Made by a program: the position numbers and the translations under genes. Shown piece after piece: positions 43,251 to 57,714 of a stretch of DNA of 64,000 nucleotides. Source of the stretch: the human T2T-CHM13v2.0 reference genome, Homo sapiens; the NCBI RefSeq assembly GCF_009914755.1, contig NC_060937.1; one strand, written 5' to 3'. Position 1 is the stretch's first letter. Each line of letters opens with the position of its first letter. The notes beneath the pieces were generated by a model. The model did not search any database. It was not told where the DNA came from and saw only the letters and a list, made by a program, of their open reading frames with translations.

Positions 43251-45699
43251 AAGAAATGAATTATCAGTTCATGGAAAGACGTGGAGGAACTTTAAATGCA
43301 CATTACTAAGTGAAAGAAGCCAATGTGAAAAGGCTACATATTGTATGATTCTACTATATGACATTGTGGGAAAGACCAAATTATGGAGACAGTAAAAAAA
43401 TCAGTGGTTTCCAAGAATGAAGGGAGAGAGAGGGATAAAAGGGGAAGCACAGAGGATATTTAGGGCAGTGACGCTATTCTGCATGATGCTGTAATAGTGA
43501 AAATATGTCATGATGCGTTTGTCAAAACCCATAGGATATACACCACTAAGAGAGACCACTAATGTAAATATGGAATTGGTGTGATGTGTTATGTTTTATC
43601 AGTTGTAACAAATGCACCACTCCAGTGCAGGATGCTGATAGTGGGGGAGGCTGTATGTGTGTGCGGACTGAGGTATAGAGAGCTCTCTCTACCTTCTGCT
43701 CAATTTTGCTGTGAACCTAAAAATGCTGTAAAAACATAAAATCTATTGAAAAGGACCAAAGAAAAGAAGCAAATCATATGTAGAAAGGAAGAAATTAACA
43801 TCATAGTTATAATAGGAAACTTTAATACACCATTTCCAGATAAAGCATATAAAATAGTTGTGATTAATAATAAAATTTACCAGTTTAACATAAACATATA
43901 ATTTTATGAATATTTGTGGCTCTTAGCATATTAATAATATGTATTCTTTCCAGTCATACAGAAAACATTCTCAAAACAAAGCAAACACAACAAAATAAAT
44001 TTTATGTATTAGATCACAAAAGAAATCTCAATAAATCCTCAAATGCAGAAATAATACTCTTCAAGGACCATAATTGTATAATTTCAAAAGTAACAGAAAA
44101 AGATGGAACAAAAGTGCCTAAATTTTGTTTAAAGAAAATTTAATAATATGCGATGTTCTAAGGAAATTTTTTAAATGAAAATTATAAAGAATGCAGAAAT
44201 TCATGAACAAGAAACTATTTAATATTGAAACCTATGGGATACCAGCAAAGTGGATAATATGGTCTGAAAATTTTAATTATTAAAAAATTTTGTGATGAAA
44301 AAATAAAAACAGAGTGAACAATAACTTAGTCAAAGAAACCTGAAAAATAGCAATGCATCCAAGAAAATAGAAGGATTTAATAATGAAACAAATTTTAAAA
44401 GACAAAAAGTAAACTTGATTTTTTTAAATGAGTTATTTGATAACTTCAGAAACATCAGAATTTAAAACTCTAAATAAAAAAAGGCACTACAGATTTTGAG
44501 ACTTTAAAGTCCTTTTGGGAACTGTGATGTGATGTGGAAATACTGATGTTTCCAGTAAAGGAATATTGGTGAGCTGCATATATAAATTTGACAGATAGCT
44601 ATTTACATAGCCTTCTAAGTAAAGGCAGTGAATTCTCCATTTCCTACTGGAGGATTTATTTAAATAAAATATGTTTATTAAACACTCCTGCAAAGATGGT
44701 TTTATTTGTACCTGGTCATTTTGTTCAAGGAAGGGTTATATTGCATTCTCATGTCAAATATAAAAAGCAAGTCTTGCCCAATAAAAACACTACATTGTGT
44801 GAAAAAAAAGGCACTACAAACAAATTTAAACAGAAAAAGTTTGATTCTGTTAACATAAAAAGGAAAAAACAGGAAATACAGTATTAATAACATTGCATTA
44901 CAGCATTTATAACTCAGTAAGGAAAAGACAAACAACGTAATAGAAAGAGGCACAGTCTGTGAATACACAACTGGCAAAGGATAAATAGAAATAGTTGATA
45001 AGCATTTTAAAAGATGCCAGTCCTCACTAGTAACCAGAATAATTTAAAATTAGATCCACAATGCCAAACTTTTTTACTCATCTGATTGACAAATTTGCAT
45101 TCAGTAACATCAATATTGAAGGGTGACTAGAAACTAGCACACTAGTGGACTACTCAGGGTATTTAATTTTATTAAGTTATTGATCCAAGATTACTTGAAA
45201 GTATTTAATTTTTTTGAAAATCATGTTATCTAAACCAACAATTTTCTTTCACTTTTAAAATAGCTATCCTACGAAATCACTGACAATCATAGATAAATTT
45301 ATTTCATCTTTGGTTTTAGTGGGAAAAAATGGAAAATAATTTACAGAAAATAATCTAAGTGTCCAATAGAGGTAATTATTATATAGGATATAATACAATG
45401 GAATATATGTGATAGAAAAGAATGTTCTCTGTTTATTTCTTGACCTCAAAAAAACTCAACCCAATTTTTTGAGTCAAAAAATGAATATTGTAGACTCACT
45501 CTGACATACAATATGATATGCCTGTAAAAATACATTAAATATTATATATTATAGTATTTTTATTTCCTTAGCAAATTATTTATTATTAAATTTTTGTATC
45601 AATACATGTTCAGGCTTTTTTGTTCTACAATTTTCTGTTAATTTTGAAAATTACATCTACTATCTACTAAAAATTATGTATAGTATATGTACTACATAT

Positions 45700-45726
<27 letters not shown>
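45700..45726. repeat. (TG)n microsatellite
   Basis: Directly visible. Confidence 0.95.
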
Positions 45727-45731
<5 letters not shown>

Positions 45732-46202
45732 GTGAAACCTATGTAGAAAATTACATAGTCAACTGATAATGGTTACACGGAAAGGACTGGTGTTCAAGAG
45801 AGCATGTATTTTATTTGTAATGTCTGAATTTTTTACATTGAGCATCTACCCACGACTTTCTCATATACTTAAAAATAAAATGTAATAAAATTAATAATGA
45901 CACAAAAAATAACTTAAAATTTTAGTTTTGCATTTATAATAAAAACTAAAATATATTGAGTGTGTTTTACATGTTAAGCATTATTTTAAGTGTTTTTGCA
46001 GATGTTAATTTATTTGACAATCCTCAAAACAATACTGTGGATCAAGCATTATCACCATCCCCATTTCAGAAATCAAGAAAGTGAGGCACAGAGAGAATTT
46101 GAGTATACTAGTGAGAATCAAAAGAGATAGCAGTTTATGCTGCTAACCCATTTAAGAATGAAAGGAGTTTAAAAGTAGACAGGTAAGTATAAAGAAATAT
46201 TC

Positions 46203-46750
<548 letters not shown>

Positions 46751-48030
46751 TAAATTCATTGAGTCATCCTTAAGAAACTTCAATAAACATCATAGAAAAA
46801 TATACAGTCCAAATGGAAAACCCTAAATCGTTTTTTGCCCTGATGATTTAATATAATTTAAACTTCGGCCCAGCTCTTGTGGTAAAGGAAAAAAATCTCA
46901 TATAGCACCTACGATAAAAAGCTCTGTCCACATCTCATTATATGTTCTGTCTTTGTATTTAACTTATTTAGAACACATCAAGAAACGCTGTGATAATTTC
47001 CATTCTTACATTAGCAGTATTCTTCAAATTTTATTCACTGGCATCTGTCAGCTAAACTAGAGAATCAACTTACCTGCAAAACTCTGATAAGTAAATGTGG
47101 GCCATTATTCTAGCGTTCAGTAGGAGAGTCCATCCTGACCCTGAGGCTTAAACCACTTGACCCACAAACACAAAGATATCAAATGTTCTGATGGATAGAA
47201 ACAATTGCAGGGCATATGCTTCAATTCCACAGGCAACTCTTGTAAATCTCTCTGCTTCTGCTTTTGCTTTGAATTCTTTTCCATTGTCTCTGGGCTTTTC
47301 GCCATTAACATCCCTCAAATTCTCCTTTCCAGGTCTGGCTCTCCAGGACCCACTCTTAGTAAACCTTTTAGGGTAGGCTCCACCTCCACCAGTACTCTCC
47401 CTTCATTACCTCTCTGGTCTCTTGAGAGAAATCTTGCGATGTAGATTCTGTGAAACATTAGTGGAGTAAAGGAGTAAACAGAAATTTTATAAATTTTCTT
47501 TTGTGTCCAGCGAGTCTTACCGGCAGTAGTAGCTTTGTAACTACCCACTTGTAAAAGTTATTATTTGCATCATACCTCAGCCTACATGCTAAGTAACAGG
47601 TATTGACCTTTTTTACTGTGTGCAAGATACACCATCAGTATCTGTGAGAGATACAAAAATTTTTTTTGTAAAGATCCTTTCCGTAAAGGAAATTCAGATT
47701 TTTGAAACAGATAATTGACAAACAGATGAGCTACACATGGACAAAAATTACTATTATACAAGGCATAGACCGTTAAGTGCATGAATAACATGAAGTATAA
47801 TCTTCTTGGAATCTGCAAACATTTCGGTTTTGGTTTACTATGTTTTCCATAATAATATGTACTCTATAATTAGATTTTATTACATGTGGTTTCTGAGAAT
47901 TTTATAAATTTATAGGACAATAAATAAAAAATAATTGAGCAGGGACAAATAAGTCTGCAGCAGAATTTCCCCTGAAATGCACATTTACACCATTTTTCAT
48001 TCCAAACCACATCGTGCATATGATTCTTTT

Positions 48031-48293
48031 TTTTAATTTAATTTTATTATTATTATACTTTAAGTTTTAGGGTACATGTGCACAATGTGCAGGTTAGTTA
48101 CATATGTATACATGTGCCATGCTGGTGTGTTGCACCCATTAACTCATCATTTAGCATTAAGTATATCTCCTAAAGCTATCCCTCCCCACTCCCCCCACCC
48201 CACAACAGTCCCCAGAGTGTGATGTTCCCCTTCCTGTGTCCATGTGTTCTCATTGTTCAATTCCCACCTATGAGTGAGAGTATCCGGTGTTTG
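48031..48293 (-). mobile_element. L1PA3/4-type 3' end
   Basis: Antisense 3'UTR; 17-bp TSD gtgcatatgattctttt at 48014-48030 and 48294-48310. Confidence 0.93.
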
Positions 48294-48706
48294 GTGCATA
48301 TGATTCTTTTAAAAGTTTGTGAAGGAACCAAAACAACAGGTTAGTCTGGATATGATATTGCTCTTGGAGGGGTTTACATGATTTTTCTTTTACTCTTTGA
48401 TCTTAAATCAAGTTCACCAATTATAAATCCTAGAACAAAACTAACAGAGCAAGAAATGTTTCATAGTTGGAATATATATTGATAGTTTATAATGTTCTAA
48501 AAATCTTTTTTTCTGATAGAAAATTTTGTTAAAGAAAAAAATAAAAATCCAAGTACTATTGGTGAATTGTAGCAACATATTAATATGTTTAAAAAATAAA
48601 TTCAGGGAAAATAATAAAAACAGACAAAAATTATTAACAAGTTAGTATTTAAATTGTTGGTCTCAGTCATTGAAAAATGAAATATGTTTTCAAAGTAGAG
48701 TTGTTA

Positions 48707-50833
48707 CACCTCTGTCAAAGATCTATTGACCATAATTACTTGAGTTTATTTCTGGGCTTTCTATCCTGTTCCATTGGTTCATGTGTGTTTTTATGCCGGT
48801 ACCACACAGTTTTGATTACAATAGCTTTATAATATGTTTTACAATTGGGACGTGTGATGCCTTCAGCTTTGTTCTTTTTCTCAAGATTCCTCTAGCTAGT
48901 TGGGATCTTTTCTGGTTCCATACCAATTTTAAGATTGTTTTTTCTGTTTCTGTGAAAAATGACATTGGAATTTTGATATGGATTTCATTGAATCTGTAGA
49001 TTGCTTTGGGTAGTATGGATATTTTAACAATATCAATTATGCTAATCCATGAACACAGGATATCTTTCCATTTATTTGTGTCCTACTCAATTACTTTCAT
49101 CAGTATTTTATGGTTTTCAGTGTACAGATTTTTCACTTCCTTGGTTAAATTTACTCTTAAGTATTTTATTTTTTGATACTATTTTAAATGGTATTTTCTC
49201 TTATTTTTCAGATAGTTTGTTGTTAGTGTATAGATATGCTAACTTTTTTGCATTTATTTTGTAACCTAAAACTTTGATGAATTTGTTTATTAATTCTAAC
49301 AGCTTTTTGGTGGTGTTTTTAGGGATTTCCATATAGAAGATCATGTCATCACCAAACAGACAATTTCACTTCTTCCATTGATATATGGATGCCTTTTATT
49401 ATTTTTTTTCTTGCCTAATTGCTCTTGATGGAACTTCCAGTTCTATGTTGAATAGAAGTGGTGGGAGTGGGCATTTCTGTCTTGTTCCTGATTTTTGTAG
49501 GAAAAGCTTTCAACTTTTCACCACTATGGTGATAGCTGTGGGCTTGTCATATATGGCCTTATGTGTTGAAGTATATTCCTTCTATGCCTATTTTGTGAAA
49601 ATTTTCATCATGAATGAATGTTGAATTTTGTTAAATTCTCTTTTTGTAGTTACTGAGATTATCATGTGGTTTTTGTCTTTCATTTTGTTAATATGATGTA
49701 TCACATTTATTGACTTAATGTATGTGGAGCCATTCTTGCATCCCTGGGATAAATTCCTCTTGATCCTGGTGAATGGCTATTATCAGGAAGATGAATGATA
49801 AAAAGCGTTAGCAAGGATGTGGAGAAAAGGGAACACTTATACACTGTTCATGGTCATGTAAATTAGTATAGCCATTTTAGAAAATGTAAGTTCTTCAAAA
49901 AACTAAAATAATTATCATATGATCCAGTAATCCCACTTCTAGGTATATATCCAAAAGAATCGAAATAGGCATGTCAAAGAGATGTTTGCACTCTCATGTT
50001 CATTTCAGTATCTTTCACAATAGCCATGATAAGGAAGCAACCTATGTGTTCATCAACAGATGAAAAGATAATGTGGTATACATACACAATGGAATATTAT
50101 TTAGTGTTTAAAAAGAGGCAAATTCCCTCATTTATGGCAACATGCATAGAACTGGAAAACATTATCTTAAATGAAATGCACAGAAAGACAAATACTGTAA
50201 GATCTCAGTTATATGTGGAATTTTAAAAAAGCAATTTCATAGAAACAGAGAGTAGAAAGGTGATTACCAGAGGCTAGAAGAAGGGGAAAAGATTGCAAAA
50301 GGGAAAATGTCAGTCATAGGGTACAAAGTTTCCATTAAATTGACTGAATAACTTTTAGTGATCTATTTCACTGCAGGGTGACCACAGTTAATAATAATGT
50401 ATTATATATTTCAAAATTTTATTTATTTATTTATTTTGAGACAGAGTCTCGCTCTGTTGCCCAGGATGGAGTGCAGTGGTGCGATCTTGGCTCACTGCAA
50501 GCTCTGCCTCCAGGTTCACACCATTCTCCTGCCTCAGCCTCCCGAGTAGCTGGGACTACAGGCGCCCGCCACCACACCCGGCTAATTTTTTGTATTTTTA
50601 GTAAAGTGCTTGGATTACAGGCGTGAGCCACCACGCCCGGCCTATATTTCAAAATTTTTAAAGTAATAGATTGTTAATGTTCTCACCACAGAACCATAAT
50701 AATTTGGTGATGTGATGGATATGTTAATTAGCTTAATTGAATTTTTCTGCAATATATAAATAGATCAAAACATCAGATTTACCCCACAAACACACAATTA
50801 TTATTTGTCAATTAAAACAATAAAAATAAAAAT
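48707..50833 (+). mobile_element. L1MA-type insertion with 5' inversion (antisense 48707-~49775, sense ~49776-50833)
   Basis: Orientation flips at gatcctggtgaatggctattatc; degenerate TSD caaagtagagttgtta / caacttagagctgcta. Confidence 0.8.
50421..50642 (-). mobile_element. AluY-type with a ~75-bp internal deletion
   Basis: TSD tatatttcaaaatttt at 50405-50420 and 50643-50658; junction tttttagta|aagtgcttgg. Confidence 0.9.
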
Positions 50834-50999
50834 CAACTTAGAGCTGCTAAAGATGAAATTGTGATGGGGAAATTTTGTTTTTGATGTTACAGTTCTCTAA
50901 TTTTGACTGGGCTTTTCTTTATCCCTTGTTCTCTCAGTCTTTCAGTTAGTCAGTGCCGTTCCTCTATAGAAAACTTATGTTAGGAAAACGATTTATTTC

Positions 51000-51720
51000 A
51001 TTACTTCAGTTAACATATATTTCAGCAAAGCATTATGCAAGGCATTGTGGGGGATGCACATTTGAACAATGCATAGTCTCTGTTCTTGTACAACCTCCAA
51101 TATTACCTAGAAAAGTAGGTGGCAATTCCATGTGACAAATGGAATATAACCCATGCAAACTCTGTTACTGAAAGAATTGTTTCTGGGAGAATGAAAGAGA
51201 ATACATCATAGAGAAAGGTAAACTTTTGCAGAATCTCAAAGAAGAATCAACTGCACTGTGTTAAGCAAATATACCATAAATGAATGAATAAATATATTCT
51301 TCATGCAAGAATTTAATATTAAGCATTATTATTCCAAGTGGAAAGAATAGCAGGGTAAAGCAATAAATTTCAGTAAAGGTTTTGAGGAATATAAAACATG
51401 GGAAACTAGGATACAAATGGAGAGCACTTGAGTTTTTGAGTAAAGGTTTTAGATTTGAGGGATACATTGTCTTAGGGAACCACTGAAGATTTCGTAGGAG
51501 AAAATTAACACTATGAATACTGTTTTTGGAAGATTAATCTCATAGCCCAATAAAATGGATTGAAGCAAGAGAAAATTTTGAAGAGCGGCCATTTGAAAGG
51601 CTACAGCTAGTGCAGGAGCTGAAAAACATCAAATCAGAGCAGATGTGGCAAGGCTAAAGTAAATAGTCTGTGAAAGAGAAACAGAAAGAAGATTTGACAG
51701 AATTTAGCACTGCTAAAGTT
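51000..51720 (-). mobile_element. L2 fragments
   Basis: attatgcaaggcattgtggggg, gggaaccactgaagattt and tttttggaagattaatct motifs. Confidence 0.55.
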
Positions 51721-52233
51721 CTTTTCCAATTGTTACTTAATAATGTCCCTATTCATGTCTGTGTCATCTTTCATCTTCCTCATATGTAATTTTGTTAACA
51801 ACGGTCTTCAGCATTTCATTGCAAGTCCACTCTTTATACTCCCAATTGAGCATCCTACTTTGATGAAACTTGATTTTTATCACCCCATCTAAGTCTCCAA
51901 GTCTTTACCTAATCCACTCACTTTCCCAGCATTCTTCTGCTCCACTGAAATGTGTAGATCCGTCGTCTCAAAAAAACTCCCGATCCTCCCAATTCTACAG
52001 CCTACTTCTTCCCATCCTCATACATGTTTGTAGTTGTATTTGCAGACATTTATTGGTGCTGATTAAATTCCGTGTTCTATTACTTCAAAAGTCATATGAG
52101 AATAGGGCTATTTTTATAGCTAATACTTGAACAAGCCACAAGTGCATACCTACTATGTGGGATAAACACATCTGTAACTGGTAAGTGGAAAATTATAATG
52201 GAAAGACATCAGATAGAAGTATAAAATACTATA

Positions 52234-52518
52234 ATTTTTTTTTGAGATGGATTCTGTCTCTGCAGCCCAGGCTGGAGTGCAGTCTTGGCTCACTCCAACC
52301 TCTGCCTCCCAGGATCAAGCAATTCTCCTGTTGCAACCTCCCGAGTAGCTGACACTACAGGCACACATCACCATGCCCGGCTAATTTTTTGTATTTTTAG
52401 TAGAGATGGGGTGTCATCATGTTGGTCAGGCTGGTCTTGAACTCCTGACCTCAGGTGACCCACCCGCCTCGACCTCCCAAAATGCTGGGATTACAGGCGT
52501 GAGCCACTGCACCTGACC
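52234..52518 (-). mobile_element. AluS
   Basis: Poly-T followed by an Alu dimer. Confidence 0.92.
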
Positions 52519-54403
52519 TAAAATACCACCATATTTTATATGTCTTTTAATCTGAGAGATATTATTCTGGTTGCCAATTCAATAAGTGCTGGACTTTGTT
52601 TAATAATATATTCCTAAAAACACATCTCAAATGAGATGTGAAAAATTTGAACTAAAGACTTCAAAGTCAAAAAGGGGGCTCTATTCCGAGAGAAGTAAAA
52701 TATATAGAAAAATCCCTACTTTAGCATCTTAAATTTTAGATATGATATTCAGCAATAAATTTGTAGATTTTCTTGTATAGTCTTTAACTGTGTTTAACAC
52801 TAAGCCATTGGCCTTGATTCCAATGGGTATCCAACTATGAATAGATGTTTTTTGATTTTGACACATCTAAAGATGTCCTTATATTGCTCATGTGACCTAT
52901 GTTTCCACTAATACTAGCACTCTTAATGTTTTTGTATACAATGATATTAAAGAATAATGCATTAAAAATTTTTTCATTGGGCAATTAAAATTTTATATAC
53001 AAATATGGCAATTGTGCCTCAACAAAGCTATTGACTACTAGATGGTAACATCAAGCTATTTTGAACAAGACTGGTCTTCAAAATCTACAAAAGGTCTAAT
53101 TTTGTTTAAGGATAGGATTTTTAAGGAATATCAATGAATAATAACCAATGTCTAGGTTGTGAACAAATTGAACATACAAAAAATAAGCTTTCTCCCTAAA
53201 AAACATGGCCCACATTGTCTTGGAAAAATATTTTATCTGTGACTCAAAGAATGATAGACACAGCTACAAAGGATTTTAGAAATCATCTGTCACACAAAAC
53301 CCTGCTTTGAGAATGAAGACACATGAAGCCAGTAGAGGTGCAGTAATTGATACAACATAATGCACTTTACCCTATGTGTGATGGATGTATGCTAATGCAG
53401 ATGGGAAGAACAATGTTAGCTACTACTTTATACCACCCAACATGATGCCTTTGAACATATAACTTTGATTTTTAAACATTGTGATAAAGTACAGCTAACG
53501 TAAAATTTCCTATCTTAGCCATTTTTTCTAAATTTGATTTTACGCACTCATGTTTTGGAACTTTGCCATAGTGCCTAGAAACTGAACCTGGGAGATGGGT
53601 ACCATCTCTAATTCCACACATTCCTGCTAAACAGTGTGCAATACATATTCATCAAATAAGCAAAGAAGTGTGCTGGGGGTTTGGCTGCAGGGTAGGAAAG
53701 GTAGCATCTGGAAAGGCAGAGTTCAGAGCATTCTGAACTCTGGTGAACTCAAATTCTGTCTGAGATACACTCTTACCACAGTAAATATAATTTGGCTTTG
53801 CAGTGAAACACGTGTCATTAACCCAGGGCATGTGTGTTACTGGACATCCTCAGAATCCTCTTTTCGCCCCTTGCCCTACTGATTTAAATGGCTAAGGAAC
53901 TGTGAGAACTACCATTTCCCAGTTTCTACATTTGGGGCTGAACAGATCATGTTTTGCTGATGTTCACTACATATCACAAAGACTTCTAAATAATAAATTA
54001 CAAAGCGTCTGGTGTTTTCAGAAAATGAAACATTACATTTCCTTTAGTCCACTGTTCAAACATGTGTTTGAAAGTTTTAAGGTGTTCAAGTTTGCAAATG
54101 TATCAAATGTATTATCTGTAGGTTATTATAAATTGTAGCATTTTTTTTTTCTGAAGCCTTTAACTAATTTGCTAGCGTCTTGCTCCATTGGTTTCTGGCC
54201 TCCAGTCAGCAGTATGACGATAGGCCTACAGCATTATTTGAATATGCAAGGCAAGTCCTGCATGTTATTTAGGTTTCACTGTGGCCAACTGATCCCAAGT
54301 TGCATAGTTTTAGTTAGGAGTATTTTTAAAATAAATAAGTGCCTGTGTTTACTAAAATGTAGGATAATTGTTGCGTTCCTCCTTCAAAGAAAGTCCCAGC
54401 ATA

Positions 54404-54711
54404 GGCCGGGCGTGATGCTCACGCCTGTAATCACAGCACTTTGGGAGGCCGAGGCGGGCAGATCACGAGGTCAGGAGATCGAGACCTTCCTGGCTAACAC
54501 GGCGAAACCCCGTCTCTACTAGAAAATACAAAAAATTAGCCGGGCGTGGTGGCGGACACCTGTAGTCCCAGCTACTCGGGAGACTGAGGCTGAGGCAGGA
54601 GAATGGCACGAGCTTCTGTCTCCGGGAGGCAGAGCTTGCAGTGAGCCAGGATCGCGCCACTGCACTCCAGCCTCAGCGACAGAGTAAGACTGTCTCAAAA
54701 AAAAAAAAAAA
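54404..54711 (+). mobile_element. AluY with local rearrangements
   Basis: AluY diagnostics; TSD aaagtcccagcata on both sides. Confidence 0.94.
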
Positions 54712-55537
54712 AAAGTCCCAGCATAAAGTAATTTTTTTAATTCAATATCTTCCTTCTATCTTGGAAGAATGACATTCCGAATAGTTTTAATGATGTCAAA
54801 GTACAAAAGTTCAAGAGTTACTTTGAAAGTTTAATTTATAGCTATCTAAAGACTAATGCCAGGTTTGAACACGAATACAACTCAAGGAATACCATACCAC
54901 CTGTGACAACTTGGAGATTAGGTCCACTATAATTTAGTTTTACCAGTTTATCTGCTATTTGGCAAGAACTGAATAAGTTCCCTCCAGGTTTAAACCATAT
55001 CTTGTGCTTTCAATTCACGGAAACTATAGTTTTGAATTGAGAAATACCATACGAAAATTAATCTGCTTAAGAAGAGGAGATATACCAGCTTGATCCAAGC
55101 ACCTTGCAATTTATATTTGTGTTAAATATTTAAGTGTTTTACAGTTGTTACATTGCATCTTATTGGGCTGCATTTTAGAACCATCTTTTTTCTGCTTTTG
55201 TAATCAAATATTTTTAAAAATACCTGAAACCTCCAAGAAACATTCGAATAAATGTTTCCATTTTGAAAAAATATTTTCTCTGTTAAATTGATTTGCTTTT
55301 TGACCAAAGATCAATTGACCATATTTATATGGGTCTACTTCTGGGCACTTTATTCCATTGCACTGGTCTATTCGTCTGTTATTTCACCCGTAATACACTG
55401 CCTTTATTACTACAGCTTTATAGTAGTTCGTTGATTTGCACAAAGTAACTTGCTAGTATTTTGACTGGGACTGTGTTGAATTTATACATAAAATTAAGAA
55501 CTAACATCTTGACAAAGCTGAGACTTCGTATCTATGA

Positions 55538-55870
<333 letters not shown>

Positions 55871-57337
55871 TATTTAGGTCTTTTTTATCAGAATTTTTTC
55901 TTTCATCAGAATTTTGTGGCTTTCCTCATAAAGATCTTGTACATATTTTGTTAAACTTAGATCAAAGGGTTTTCTGGTGCTAATATAAATGGTGGGTTTT
56001 CTGGTGCTAATATAAATGGTGTTATGTTTCTAATTTCAAGTTTCAATTGTCCATTGCTGGTGTATAAGAAAGCAACTGACATTTGCCTATCAACCCACAT
56101 CCTGCAACCTTGCTGTAATTGCCTATTAGTTCCAGGAGGGTTTTTTGGTTGTTAATTCTTTGGGATTTCCTTTATAGATGTTCTACAATAGAGCTTTCTA
56201 CTCTAATCTTTATGATTTTTTATAGCTGTTTCAAGCATAAATTATTTCTTCTTTCTGTAATTCTCTAAGGTGGAAGCTTAGGTTATTGATTTTAGATCTT
56301 TCTTTCCTTTTTTATTATCATTCCTTTTAAAAATTTTATTGAGGTATATTTGACTAGTAAAAATTGTATACGCTTAAGGTATACAATTATTTGATATATA
56401 CACTGTAAAATAATCACCACAATAAAGCTAATTAACATCACCATCACCTCAGCTTTTTTTCCTAATATAAGCATTTAATAATGTAATTTTCCCTCTAAAT
56501 AATGCTATCAATGCATTCCACATATTTTGATGTTGTGTTTTAAATTTCATCTGGTTCAATTTTTTTAAAAAATCTATCCAGGGACTTCTTTTACCCATGT
56601 TTTGTTTAGAAGTTCTTCGTGTATTGTTCAAATATTTGGAAATTTTCCAAATATCATTCTGTTATCGATTTGTAGTTTGATTTCACTGTGGTCAGAGAAC
56701 ATATTCTGCATAATTCCTGTTTTTTTTTTAACTAGTTAAGGTGTGTTTATGAGCTAGAATGGGGTCTATCTTGTTGCATGTTCCATGTGAATTTGAGAAG
56801 AATATATATTGTGCTGTTGTTGGATGAAGAATTCTGTAAACATCAATTAGAATATGTTAATTATAAAGCTATTGAGATCAACTGCATCCTACTGATTCTC
56901 TGCCTGCTTGATATATATGTATTAATAAAAGAAGGGTATTGTATTCTTCAGCTTTAATAATACATTTGTCTATTTCTCCTTGCAGTTCTATCAGTTTTTG
57001 CTTCACGTATTTTGAGTCTGTGTTATTAGGCACATACAGATTAAGGATTTGTCTTCTTAGAGAATTGACACCTTCATCAACATGTAATGACTCTTTTTTC
57101 TCTTACAGTTTTTCTTGCTCAGAAATCTGCTTTGTCTGAAATTAATACAGCTATACCAACTTTCTTTTGATTAGTGTTAGTATGATACATCTTTCCCCCA
57201 CCTCTTTAGATTAAACCTGTGTCTTTATATTTAAAGAGGGTTTCTTGTAGAAAATTTATAGTAGGGTCTTTTTTATTGCAATCCACTCTAGCAACCTATC
57301 TTTAATTGAAGTATTAAGACCACTGACAAAGTGATGA

Positions 57338-57714
<377 letters not shown>

